From Ascidiella aspersa (lineage: Eukaryota): 64,000 nucleotides of DNA. The notes beneath the pieces were generated by a model, which made no database searches, was not told where the DNA came from, and saw only the letters and a list, made by a program, of their open reading frames with translations. The DNA lies in NCBI GenBank assembly GCA_963924565.1, contig OZ004613.1, forward strand, positions 13,082,001 through 13,146,000. Reading direction: 5' to 3'. The position numbers were made by a program, and so were the translations under genes. Shown one piece after another: positions 13,706 through 34,000 of the stretch (positions within the stretch are counted from its first letter, which is position 1; the number at the start of each line of letters is the position of its first letter).

Positions 13706-14598
13706 TGGTATACTTACTTATTTTTAAACTATTCGCGTTTGGAAAGTTCTGCTTCAGAAAATGTCCTTTATGTCACTGATCTATACCATTTAAAACAAAA
13801 TGAGCATCTAACCTTTAATTGGGTTACCATTAAGACCTATTGGCCATAAAAGGGTACACCTCCCCATACAATGTACAATTTAATGTAAGCAGCCAATATG
13901 TTTTTTTTATTCGTATATTAAATTTGTTAATTAGACATATGCTCCCATTGCAGTAATTAAATTGACTCCCAAAAATAGGATTTAAAAAAATGTTTTTAAA
14001 TTTGGTTACACTAGGCCCATGACCAATTTTTTAACGGATTGGTTTACCTAAATTTGCAATAAAAAAACAGTTGTATAATTTGGCGTAAGTTTCAGTAAAA
14101 AAATTCTGTAAGTTTTCAGCCAGTGAATACTTCATCGACTAACAAGGAACTCGAAATAGTTCCTTTTTTTAAATTGTAGTAAAAAGAAACAGTTTCTATA
14201 TAATTTACAAATAGGTTGTTTTAGCGAGTTAATTGTTAAATTATGTGATTTGGTTTTAATAAGGTAGTGTTAATAAAAAAATCATGATGCCCTTATATCA
14301 GTGTAATAAACAACCTTAAGTCAAAAAATAAATTAACATGAAACGTTGTGAATAAAAATAAATAAATCTCTTCTCTGCAAAAAGGCGAAAAACTTTCAAG
14401 TTGATCACAAAACTTAAATTTGCAGGATGTCAAGAGGCCTGTAGTTCCCTATTTAACGTTATCTGTTTCCATTTGTAGAGTCGTTTATATAAATTTTTGC
14501 TTTGTGTTAAAACGATTGCCTAATCTATAAATTAAAGCTGATTCTGTGCAATTTCAATCGATATTCAACCTGCTGTTTTTCAAATTGCCTTTGTGTGA

Positions 14599-23805
<9,207 letters not shown>

Positions 23806-26040
23806 GTCGCCGTCGCATTCCAACCTATTTCCTCTGCTCTCTCCTAGCCCGAAAACTCCCGTTCCTCGTTTACCACATCCCGCGTCTTGCATCGCACTTT
23901 CGACTCGGACGAGAATCGACAGTAGTGTACATACAACCTCGAGAAAACGCCGCCCGGCAAGCCGCTTGCAGCAAATCCCGTCTCGTTTCTTCCGTTTTCT
24001 TGTGGTATTCTTTTTGTTGTCGTTTTTCGCCACCTAGACCAAACAGCCACGCGAATGAGAAATCTCTCAAAAAACAAAATTATTTGTCGGATTTTTTAGT
24101 TTTGCCACAAGATTTCTTTCGCGTATAGCTTCGGGATATCTTTTTGGACGGGTCTGCGTTTTTGCATTTTGTTCCGTCTGGCCGATGTTTTTGCACAGAT
24201 CAGCACGCGTCTTGGTCGTGCCGTATTGTGATTTCGCCGAGTATCAACTCTAGATGTTCGCACTTTTGTAATTGAAAATGCCACCCACCGCACCCCTTTC
24301 TGATCGGAACAGCTTTTTATGTTAGCTTTTGTCCTCAGCATTTAATTTCAAACCACAGGCAATTTTTTCATGCAGTTTCCTGAAACCGTACGATACGCCA
24401 CCGTGTTCGCGAATATTCACTGTAGCGTTAAAACCGCGACCGTAATAGATTTTCCAAAATTATATTCAGCGTTTAAGCTACCCGTTCGATCGTGTCGAAA
24501 ATTCTTCAGTAGGCTTTATAAGCGCCATTTCGCGTTCACCATACTTTCCAAAACGTTACGTTTTTTGCTCAGTAGTAGCGCTTTGGCATAGATTTCATAT
24601 TTCGGCCAAGGGTGCTCTCTGCAGCAGGTGTTTTCCCATTTCTTTAGCCATGATTCTCATCCAATCATCACCCATCATCTTTTTCAACGGAAGTACCGTG
24701 TTGCCAAAATCATGTAATTTATTTTTTTTTTCTGTCAGTGAGGCTGGCTTCAGAGATACCTTTAGTACCTTTAATTATTACTTTTTTTCTTCCGTCAAGC
24801 GGTCAACATCACGATTCTTGTATTTGTAAAACGACACCTGTTGTACATTTGTTTTCTTTTGTTCGTGCCTGTCAAGTTTCCCGATTCTTCCCTGCAGAAC
24901 CGATGTGGCATCCGCACATTTTTGCTCGAAACGTTTTCCAGCCCCTTTTCCACATCCCCGGCGTTGTATTTGCGCAATTTCTTCGAAAACAGTTTCCCCA
25001 ATATGCTGTCCGCACATTTTTCGCTTAAATCGTACCCCGATATTTTATTTGCAGCTCCTGTTTGGTGACCCGCACATATTCCACTCGAGGAGACCTGCCC
25101 TCCCGGTACACACCTGGCAATGTCGTTGCGACGGCTTTACTGCGAAGCGCGGCAAACCCAGGTCCCCAGAACGCCAAGATCTATATGCTCCTTTAATTGG
25201 GTGTCCATAAAATCCGAAAAGGGTCGACACTGTATTGTGACGTAAACCTTTCACGCCAGCCCGTCTAATGTTTAAAGTATCCTGTCTGCTTAAATAACTG
25301 TTTGGGGGGTCATTTTGCATTGCGTGATTACGCCACATGCGAAACGCGTGGCCGAATGGCAAAACAACCCATTTTTGTTTCTCAACTCGTGCCAGGACTT
25401 TCAAGTGAAAACCCAAGAAACGTCGCACTTTTTCGGCACGACGTCTCTTTCACCTTTTGTTGTTCCCGCATTTTCACCCGACCTACTCGTGTGTGTGCGC
25501 GCGCGTTCGTTTGTTCGTTTCTTCCCTCGCGCTTTTTGCGTCTCTTTGCCTTGTACATAAGCGAGCATATTATTGTTATTGCGGTAATTCCCCCTTTGGT
25601 TTTGAATCGCGGCCTGCGCGCCTAATTTCGGAGATTCATCTCCCAAAACTATTAAAAGCAAGAATTATTATTACGTAACAAAACAGCAGTCTGTTCGGTA
25701 TCAAATATTTATGGAAGTTAAAGAGCTAGCCAAGTTTAGATATTGAACAGTTGGGTTGCAGAAGAACAACTGAAACATTTATTCACATAACTTAACGAAG
25801 GTTTTAGTTATACTTAGACTTAGCAACACAACCATATATTTCCTGAATTTATTTTGGATAACCATGCATTTCAATAAAAAGCTTGCGGTGTACTATGGTA
25901 TGTTATCATGAATCAAACGACTTTAGTAGAGTCTTGTATCTCTCCGTAGCTACCCTGGATATTGTGGAGTGTAAATCCCCTTCAATATAGAGCCATGGTT
26001 TCATGGTTATTTCACGACTTGCTCCCCTTTTAAAGATGTG

Positions 26041-26105
26041 TGGCTTAGTTGGTAGAGCGACTGTCCCGGTATAGTCAAGGTAGAGTTTTAAATTCTAGTT
26101 GTCGC
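26041..26105 (+). repeat. Degenerate second copy of the tRNA-derived head
   Basis: TGGCTTAGTTGGTAGAGCGACTGTCCCGG matches GAGCTCGGTTGGTAGAGCGACGGTCCCGG at 27048-27076; the B box is decayed. Confidence 0.55.
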
Positions 26106-26952
26106 AAATCCGGTTATTATAATCTTATTGAAAAAAAAATCTTGTACTTGTCCAATGTCCATGTCTGCAGGGAAGCCTAAAAAACGGTGAGATTTCAAAA
26201 TATGGCCGGCCTTTGTAGCTCAGTAGATCAATCGTGGACTTCAAGTGAATATAAGGTGCTCTTGGCAAAATAGGAAATGCAAGTGTAGGTCTACTTGACT
26301 AAAATATATTTATTAATTTGACCACTCCTTGGTTATATATGCCATAATAGTAGTTAAAGCGCTCGCATTCGCAGCATATTTAAAAGAAGAAAAATGCAGC
26401 GTTACCATGGCATTTAGTTTCCGAAAAGTAGGGATGTTCAGAAAAGATTATCGAATCCCGAGGTACGCAAAAAAATTCTACTGTTCGTCCAATTCTACTG
26501 TTCGAGCAAGTGGAACTACTAAAAGAGGTCTCCACTGCAAATCGTTTATATACGCGAGTGGCTGTTTGGGATAGCCTATAAGTTGAAAGCAGGTGTAAAC
26601 GTATAATAATTTTTTGAACGTGAAAGTTTTCGTAGGCTAACCCAAATAAACCTGAGGTAATACGAAACTGAAATCTTAGTCTAATATTCAAAGCAAGGGT
26701 TCTCAAACCAGGGTTAGGGACATTTCGGGTGTACGCAAGCAAGTTAATTTTCGTGGCACTTTAACGATTTTTGGTAACAATAATTTAAATAAATCGTTTC
26801 CAACATTTATGACGAGAAACAAAATAACTAGGTACATCTAAACAGATACATACAATGAAACATAAGTACATACATATGAGTGTTAACAACTGAGATCTAG
26901 CTCTTCTGAAGCTGCTTTTTGACCAACGATTACGGCTTACATAGCAATAGTA

Positions 26953-27187
26953 CACCGAAAGCCATTGCAGATTTACCGAATCTCACTCTGTTAGTACTGC
27001 TTGTAGAAAGCATTGGCGTATGGTTGTTTCTCGACTCGTTCCCTTCTGAGCTCGGTTGGTAGAGCGACGGTCCCGGCTTGACCGGAGGTCGTGAGTTCGA
27101 ACCTCACTGCAGGCTAGTTGTTTGTCTAGTCTGCCCTGCTTGCATCAATGATCGACAGATTCGGTGAATCTGCAATGGCTTTCAGTG
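26953..27187. mobile_element. TIR element (TA-flanked, Tc1/mariner-type MITE) enclosing a tRNA-like sequence
   Basis: Inverted arms 26950-26983 and 27157-27190 match 32/34; TA on both sides of CACCG...CAGTG. Confidence 0.75.
27049..27115 (+). ncRNA. tRNA-like sequence (SINE head or tRNA pseudogene) with Pol III A and B boxes
   Basis: D-arm GCTC-GGTTGGTA-GAGC, variable loop AGGTC, T-arm GTGAG-TTCGAAC-CTCAC. The anticodon loop is non-canonical and the 5' acceptor strand does not pair, so this is not a functional tRNA. Confidence 0.65.
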
Positions 27188-28686
27188 TACATCTAAACAG
27201 CGTTTAAAGCTAAAACGCCAATTGCTGCGCATGCCTATGGTGTGCTGGTAGAAATCAATAAATCACTGTTACTCTAGGAATGATAGGGACCCATGGCGGG
27301 GCAAAACGGACCTCACTAATATAACATAATTTAAATTGCCTTGTTGCGTGAAAATTCCGGATCAAGGATTTTTTTATAAGAGGCGCATACAATTTTTAAG
27401 GGATATTTTCACAAGTTGGCCCTAGCGCCAATTAAGTTAATATTTAATTTTTTTGCGATTCTAATGGTTTCGTTGTGTTGTACACCACTTCTACAGCGAT
27501 GTGCAAACTTTGTTTTTGCCAACTTTAACAATAAAACGGCAAAAAAATTTCGTGATCCGCGAGAATCTTCTGTTTTCTACATATGTGAACTTTTTTTAGC
27601 ACAAAATCTCCTGTGTCATTGCATGTTTTCATATCATTGAAGGTATAACGGCCCTATTTAATTAAAATTTTTCTAACTTATAGATAAACGATAAAATTCA
27701 TCCACCGTTCGAACTATTTTGTATCCATGTTTTATGTAATAGGATACGGTAACAGGCTAGCAACAGGGGGACTCTTTTTTGCGCGAATCGATAATGTTTT
27801 TGCAATATGGCCGATGTATTGTGTGTCATCAGATCTTTTGAAACGCGATAACGCAAAGTTTAATTTTTGCGCTTACATTTTTATTTGTGCTCGATATCGC
27901 AGCCTTACAACTGTGGAGTAAATGCCCTCATAACACGTTTGTAAAAATCAGCTCGTAGTACACGGGCAATTTATTGTGTGTCCAACGCTAAGCCTCCTGA
28001 ATTTACAGTTTATAGCGCCAACAAAACCCAATTTTTTTCGCGCTTCGCGTGACCGACGACTAAATTTACTATTTCCAAGCTGTCTCAGTGATATTTATTG
28101 AAAATGCCAATTTGCTTTTCGCAGAGAGGGAGGGGGGCAAGACATAGAAAAATTACCAAGAGGGGCGCGGCTGAAAAAAGGTTAAGAACCACTGGTCTAT
28201 AGCATACAGGTGGTTCTCGGATGCTTTCATTTTTCACTATTATTCTTTGAATTTAGACAACAATAAAGCAAAATAAGCTATACATTGTAATGCTGAATAG
28301 GAATCTTACTGATGAGCTACGCCAGAACAAAGAGATTATAACCATGAGGACAAACTCTCACTTTTGCCTTTTTTCTTTTGCCTTTAAGCAATGCATTCTA
28401 CTTTCGACAGCCGTCACGGTCTGATTAACAATAAGAAAAACATCATCTTTCCCATTTAAGCCTGTTATAAAAATGTACGCTTTTGGCGTAATTTGTTGTT
28501 TAATGACCCCTAGTCCTAATTTAAACCGTTTTCTGTTTACAAAATTGACTTGGTAGGACAGGCAAGGTTATCACAAGTTGCGTGACACTTTCTTAGGACC
28601 CTACTGTACTTTTTTGAAAGGCGTGTTACTGTTAAAATGTACGCGATTGAGCTATGTCGTTGATTTCGGGGCTCTTTCCATTTGGT

Positions 28687-28850
28687 ACGAAGAAAGTAAC
28701 GCAAAAAACGGTCTACAAATGCCGCATAACGCAACGCACATCATTATTTTATTATTAATAATAATGCTCTACCAACCTAAACTCAAACCCCACCGTAACC
28801 CGTTGCGGTATGCGGTATTTGTTGACCGTTTTTTGCGTTACTTTCTACGT
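28687..28850. mobile_element. Foldback MITE with about 50-bp arms and a CCTAAAC-type core
   Basis: Arms 28687-28736 and 28801-28850 are near-perfect reverse complements; the spacer contains CCAACCTAAACTCAAACCCC. Confidence 0.7.
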
Positions 28851-29177
28851 TAAGATTTATGCGACGAATTGGCGTATAAATTAAATTAATATCACTTAGT
28901 TGTTAATCTCAACGTGCCGAACTCATTAAACTTAACTGTATGGCGGTGTTAATTGTTAGCTTCTTAATGTAAATGATATAGGTATTTTGCATTGTACACT
29001 GTACACTACAGAGCGTATTACAGAAAAAGAAACTTTTGGTAAACCAAACCCATAAATGAATTTGCTTTAGTGTACCAATTTTAGTAAAGATTGTAGAATT
29101 CGAAATTTGATAGTGTGCCGCAAATCAAAATTCTTAAAAAAAAAAGTTTGCGAACCACTGCCTTATATTACTCACTA

Positions 29178-29436
29178 CCCGACTCCAAAGTCTGACATGC
29201 GCAGTAAACTGATATAATAGCCAACTGAAAATTGTAAAGGTGGAATATAGCATGTGGTGGAATATTTTCCAACCATGTATTATGAGTGAATGAATTATAT
29301 GACACCCCTATAAGTGTACAGCTGAATATCCATTGTTAAACAGGCTGTTTAGTCAGGGCCAGACTCGGGACTCAATGAAATGCCACATTTAACCGGAGTC
29401 GGACTCGGGTTATTTTTAACCGACTCCGCAGCCCTG
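29178..29436 (-). mobile_element. Partial hAT MITE with GACTCC/GAGTCG repeats
   Basis: Reverse-complement similarity to 48513-48835; ends CCGACTCCGCAGCCCTG. Confidence 0.6.
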
Positions 29437-30901
29437 TTTGAAATAGATATTTTTTGTCATTTTCAATGTAAGTTTGCGAAAAGTATTTCTTACCTTGAGT
29501 GCTTCTCATCTCTTTTCTCCCTAATAGCTGATAACAAAAGTTTGGAGCTTAACTGCTGGAGGATGTAGTTGAATGAATATCAAAGCCTATGTATAGAAGT
29601 AGGTGACATATTGTAAACAGCTTAAATATATATATAACTTGATTGGATAACTGGTAGTAAAAGAATAAAGGTTATTGTTACATTTAATTTCAGCAGATTA
29701 CAAAGCTGCATAATCTAGTGCTTTCCTTTGTCAAATGAACAATATTACACACTAAGTTTGTGTTCACCGAACCCTATCCAGTACCAAAATGTGTAATGGT
29801 AATATTCCTTTACACCAAAAATAAAGAATAATTGAATATATTACAAGATCCCTACTCTAATTTTCTTTAAGTTTTTTACTGTAATGCTAAAATAAACGAA
29901 ACTGGGGCAATAAAAATAACTTTAAACAACATTGTAATATTTTGTTTATTGTACTATATAAGCAAACACAAAAAGTTGTACCAAAAGGCTTACTAGTAAT
30001 AATAAAAAAATGTAAATTCCTCTCCGGCACCCCGGTTTGGAACCACTGGTCTACTCTACAGCAACGCGTTGTACGTTTCCGCAGTCATTAACTGGACGAC
30101 GTTGGCGCGCCAACGAGTGTGTTAACCATATTATATAGTAGGCCTACTTATGGTCAACTGATATTGTATGCCCTACGGGCATTTTTAAGTGTGTTTACAC
30201 GAAACTCGGCAATGAAAGTTTGACACCTAATTCAAACATAACTTTTAACCTGTCAGAAATGTCGAACCTTAATATATATAAGCCGGTTGCTCCAACATTT
30301 TAGCTCACCAACATACAAGTCAAGCCCAGTTGTTTACGTTTTACTATTATGCACTAGAGCGGAACGCTGTCGAAAGTAGAACAATGGGCTACGTCACAGT
30401 TTGTCCTCATGGTTATAATCTCTTTGGCCAGAAGTAGGCTACCCTTGTTTCAGAAAAGGATGTATTTATTTCGAAGCTGAATACAATACTTGTGGATATG
30501 GCACGTTTTTCTCAAACATAACAATTCTAGTTTTGTTTTACTTGCAGGCAAGAAAATGTCCTCTTTTTCGGTGGTGAAAATATGGTAGCCCTAAATTATA
30601 AGAAATGAGTTTTTACACTGCTTTGTGACATTTGACTGCACCTATAAAACAGTAACGAATTTCAGTTTTTCCACTGCCATGCTAATTATGTAGCCGCCAG
30701 GGTTATTTTGTAAAATTCGGCAGTTTTATGCGCTAAAATGGGCCGAAAATTCATTTTGACAAAATAAAGTAGGCTGATTTCTATTGCAAATGGATCACTA
30801 TATATATATACGGTATCTGATAACGATAAAAAACCTGTTTCGTATTTTCAATTTATTATTTTTAAGAGTAAATTAACTTACCCAGTTATCGGGATAACAT
30901 C

Positions 30902-31001
30902 GGACCAATGAGCAACTTTCGGTTGAGTGGGTTATTTATAATCTATTTAATCAATGGATAATTTTCAATTGGTCACGTGATGCTACCCACAGTGCAACGC
31001 G
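30902..31001 (+). promoter_or_regulatory. Proximal promoter of the hnRNP gene: CCAAT boxes, E-box, ZNF143/Staf-like site
   Basis: GGACCAATGAG at 30902-30912, ATTGG at 30968-30972, GTCACGTGA at 30972-30980, TACCCACAGTGCAACGCG at 30984-31001; all within about 185 nt upstream of ATG 31086. Confidence 0.55.
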
Positions 31002-31085
31002 ACAGCTTTCCTTGCGTGTTTTTCAGATTTGTATGAAGAAGCAAATTTTAGTGTCAAATAGAAATTTGTCGAAACGCTAAAAAAC

Positions 31086-34000
31086 ATGTACGAAAACGGA
31101 AGTGAAATGCAACACGACGGCTCCGGCAAAAGAGCTGTTAACGACGGAAGCATAATTAAAAACGCTGCCGATGACGATGGGTAACTAAAATGATAAATTT
31201 AGGAGTAATATTGTTTTTGTTGACTGTTAATTAAACTATTAAACGCCTGCATTATATGTGATTTATTCTTCTATATTTAATCTTTGTTTGTTTTCACTGA
31301 TTTACCGCATAAAATGATACAATTATATGTAGTTTATTTATTATTGTATTATAAAAGATTGACAAAACATTCACCTTTTTCGTTTTAAAATTTGCAGTAA
31401 AATGTTTGTTGGTGGTCTTTCCTGGGAAACAACTGAAGGTATGCACTACTAAATAACTATACCCTCTATTACCTTAGAATCTTAGATGATACATTTTTGG
31501 CTGATTTAGAATCATTCCACACTTTCGTCTAGGAGAGTTATATTGCTAGCATTATTTAGGTTTGGGCTAGAGTCAACATTTAGGTTGGGTGGGTCTAGTA
31601 TTACTATTATTTTTATTCTCTTTTATTTATTTCTTGTCTGCAACTTCAATTTTTACAACTTGTTTTGTTACTGTGAAAAAAGTGTCCATAAGATTCTAGA
31701 CGAGTGCCTACATGTTTATAGTAGTTGCATTGTAATTTTGTTTTCTTATAAAAAAAGTAAAGCAATGAAATTTTTAATGCCCTAATATTTTAAAATTCCA
31801 GTTATAAGAATATTTGGCGCTCGTCTAGAATCCTACCACAACGAACATTATTAGGGTTAGGGTGCCGGTTAGCGTTTGGGTTTGGGTGAGTCCAGTAATA
31901 GTGTTAAACAATATTACTTGACCTACCCACACCCAAACACTAACCGACACCCTAACCCACAAATTATGCATTGCTTAATAATCATTTCAACGTTGTGGTA
32001 GGATTCTAGACCAGCGCCGAATATTTTTATCGTGTTTTGTATATAAACTTTTTTTTTAAATGAAATATTGAGGTATAGCCCACATGCCAAGTGCACCCAC
32101 AAGTTTTTTTCAACCTTGTAAAAGTGCACCCGGAAATTTGAAAGTGTATCTACACTTTTTTCACCTTTGTTGCACCCGTGCACTCACAAGATCTGCCATA
32201 CTTTCCAGACTGGGGTATAGCTATACTATATATTTAATCCATCTAATTAAGTTCGTGCAAAGCCATTTTTTTATATGCCCTACATTACAAAACAGTAGCA
32301 CTGGATTATAAAATGTAGCCCAAACCAAATAGGCTCTAATGTGTGAATATTGCAGAATTTTTGGCAATTTTTGTAAAAAAAATGGCCGGGAATGTTCAGC
32401 AGCCACAAATTATGGAACACAGTTGGGCTGGTGAAATGGGATCACCATACTCTATTTTGATCATATAGTTTTAAAGAAATTTTGTCAAAAAAAATATTTG
32501 CCTGCACAAAATAATCAGCTTTAATATGCAAATAAACTTGGATTGTAACTTACGGTGTCATGTACATTTGTTTACAGACAAACTCAGAAAGTACTTTGAA
32601 AATTATGGCGAATTGCGGGATTGTGTTATAAAGCGAGATTCTGAAACTCAACGTTCCAGAGGATTTGGCTTCATTCTATTTGCAGACCCTTCTTCCGTTG
32701 ATAAGGTTTATAATTTCTCCATTTTTTATTTTGTAAAGTGAAGAAAGCTGTTGAGGTTTTGCATTTAAAGTGATTGTGGTATTAATCTTTTTCTAATATT
32801 TTTTCTTTGTTTCTGTTTAAGGTGCTCTCTCCAGGGGAACATCATGAGCTTGATGGCAGGCACATAGACCCAAAACGAGCAAAGGCCTTAAAGAAAGACA
32901 CCAAGCTTTTTGTTGGTGGACTGAACCCGGATACAACAGAGGAAACAATCCGAAATCATTTCTCTTCATTTGGCGAGGTAGATAAAACTTAGTATTATCA
33001 ACTTAAGAATGAAGTTGATTAGTGATGATTGCTCCTATATTCATTTGTTACTAATTTGACCAATTTTATTCACTTGTGCAGTAAAAACATTTTCTAATTT
33101 TCGATTAGATTGATTCCATTGAAAGGCCAATGGATAGAAACACAAACAAGCACAGGGGTTTCTGTTTTATTTCTTTCGTCAAAGATGGTGTCATTCATGA
33201 TGTTATCTCTCATGGAAAGTTCCACACCATTGATGGAAGACAGGTCTCAAAATAGTTTTATTACCATTTTTAACCATTGTATTTAAGTCAAAGCTCTTAT
33301 ACTGCATTATTGACCAACACAACCAGACTTTATAGCACTGTAAAACAACCCTTCAATTGACAAGCAGAGGTCTTATCATTTTTTATTAAATAGTTGTAGC
33401 AAATTGAAAAAAAGTTGTACTACAGGAAGCACTTCATTTTTGTGTGTTATGAAATGCTGATCATTAAAACAGAGAAAAGTTAGACTTTAAAATTCAGGAT
33501 TCCTTTGCTTGTGCAGGTTTAAGTTGTTAAATCTACAGGACTTTAATAGATGGGAGTATGTAAGTTGCACTTACCCCGAATATTATTGGTTTCTAAAATT
33601 ACAAAAAAATGTTATTTGCTGAATAAACTTTTGGCTTTTATTGGGAGATCTTGTGCTTGCACCGCATTATCCATAATGTTATTTATTTTATTTTTTTTTA
33701 GGTGAAGCGAAAAATGTACTTGATTTTACTGCCTTTTACGGCATCACTGGCCTGCTTTGTCAATTGCCATTTTTTTATTACCAGAAAACAAATTGGTGTA
33801 AATCAGAAACATGAAACACTTCATAGTGCATGTGGTATAACCCGTTCAGTTTGTTGCTTCACTGTTTCCAATATTTACTCCATATTTAAGGTGTCAATCC
33901 AAGTTTTGATAATTTGAATTAGTATTTTGGATTCACTCATTATTCTGAAAATTAATTCTAAAATAAATCCATTCACTTGAAACAAACGAAGACCAGCCAA

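Noticed and set aside
27049-27115. Functional tRNA gene
   Set aside because: The acceptor stem does not pair and the anticodon loop is not 7 nt.
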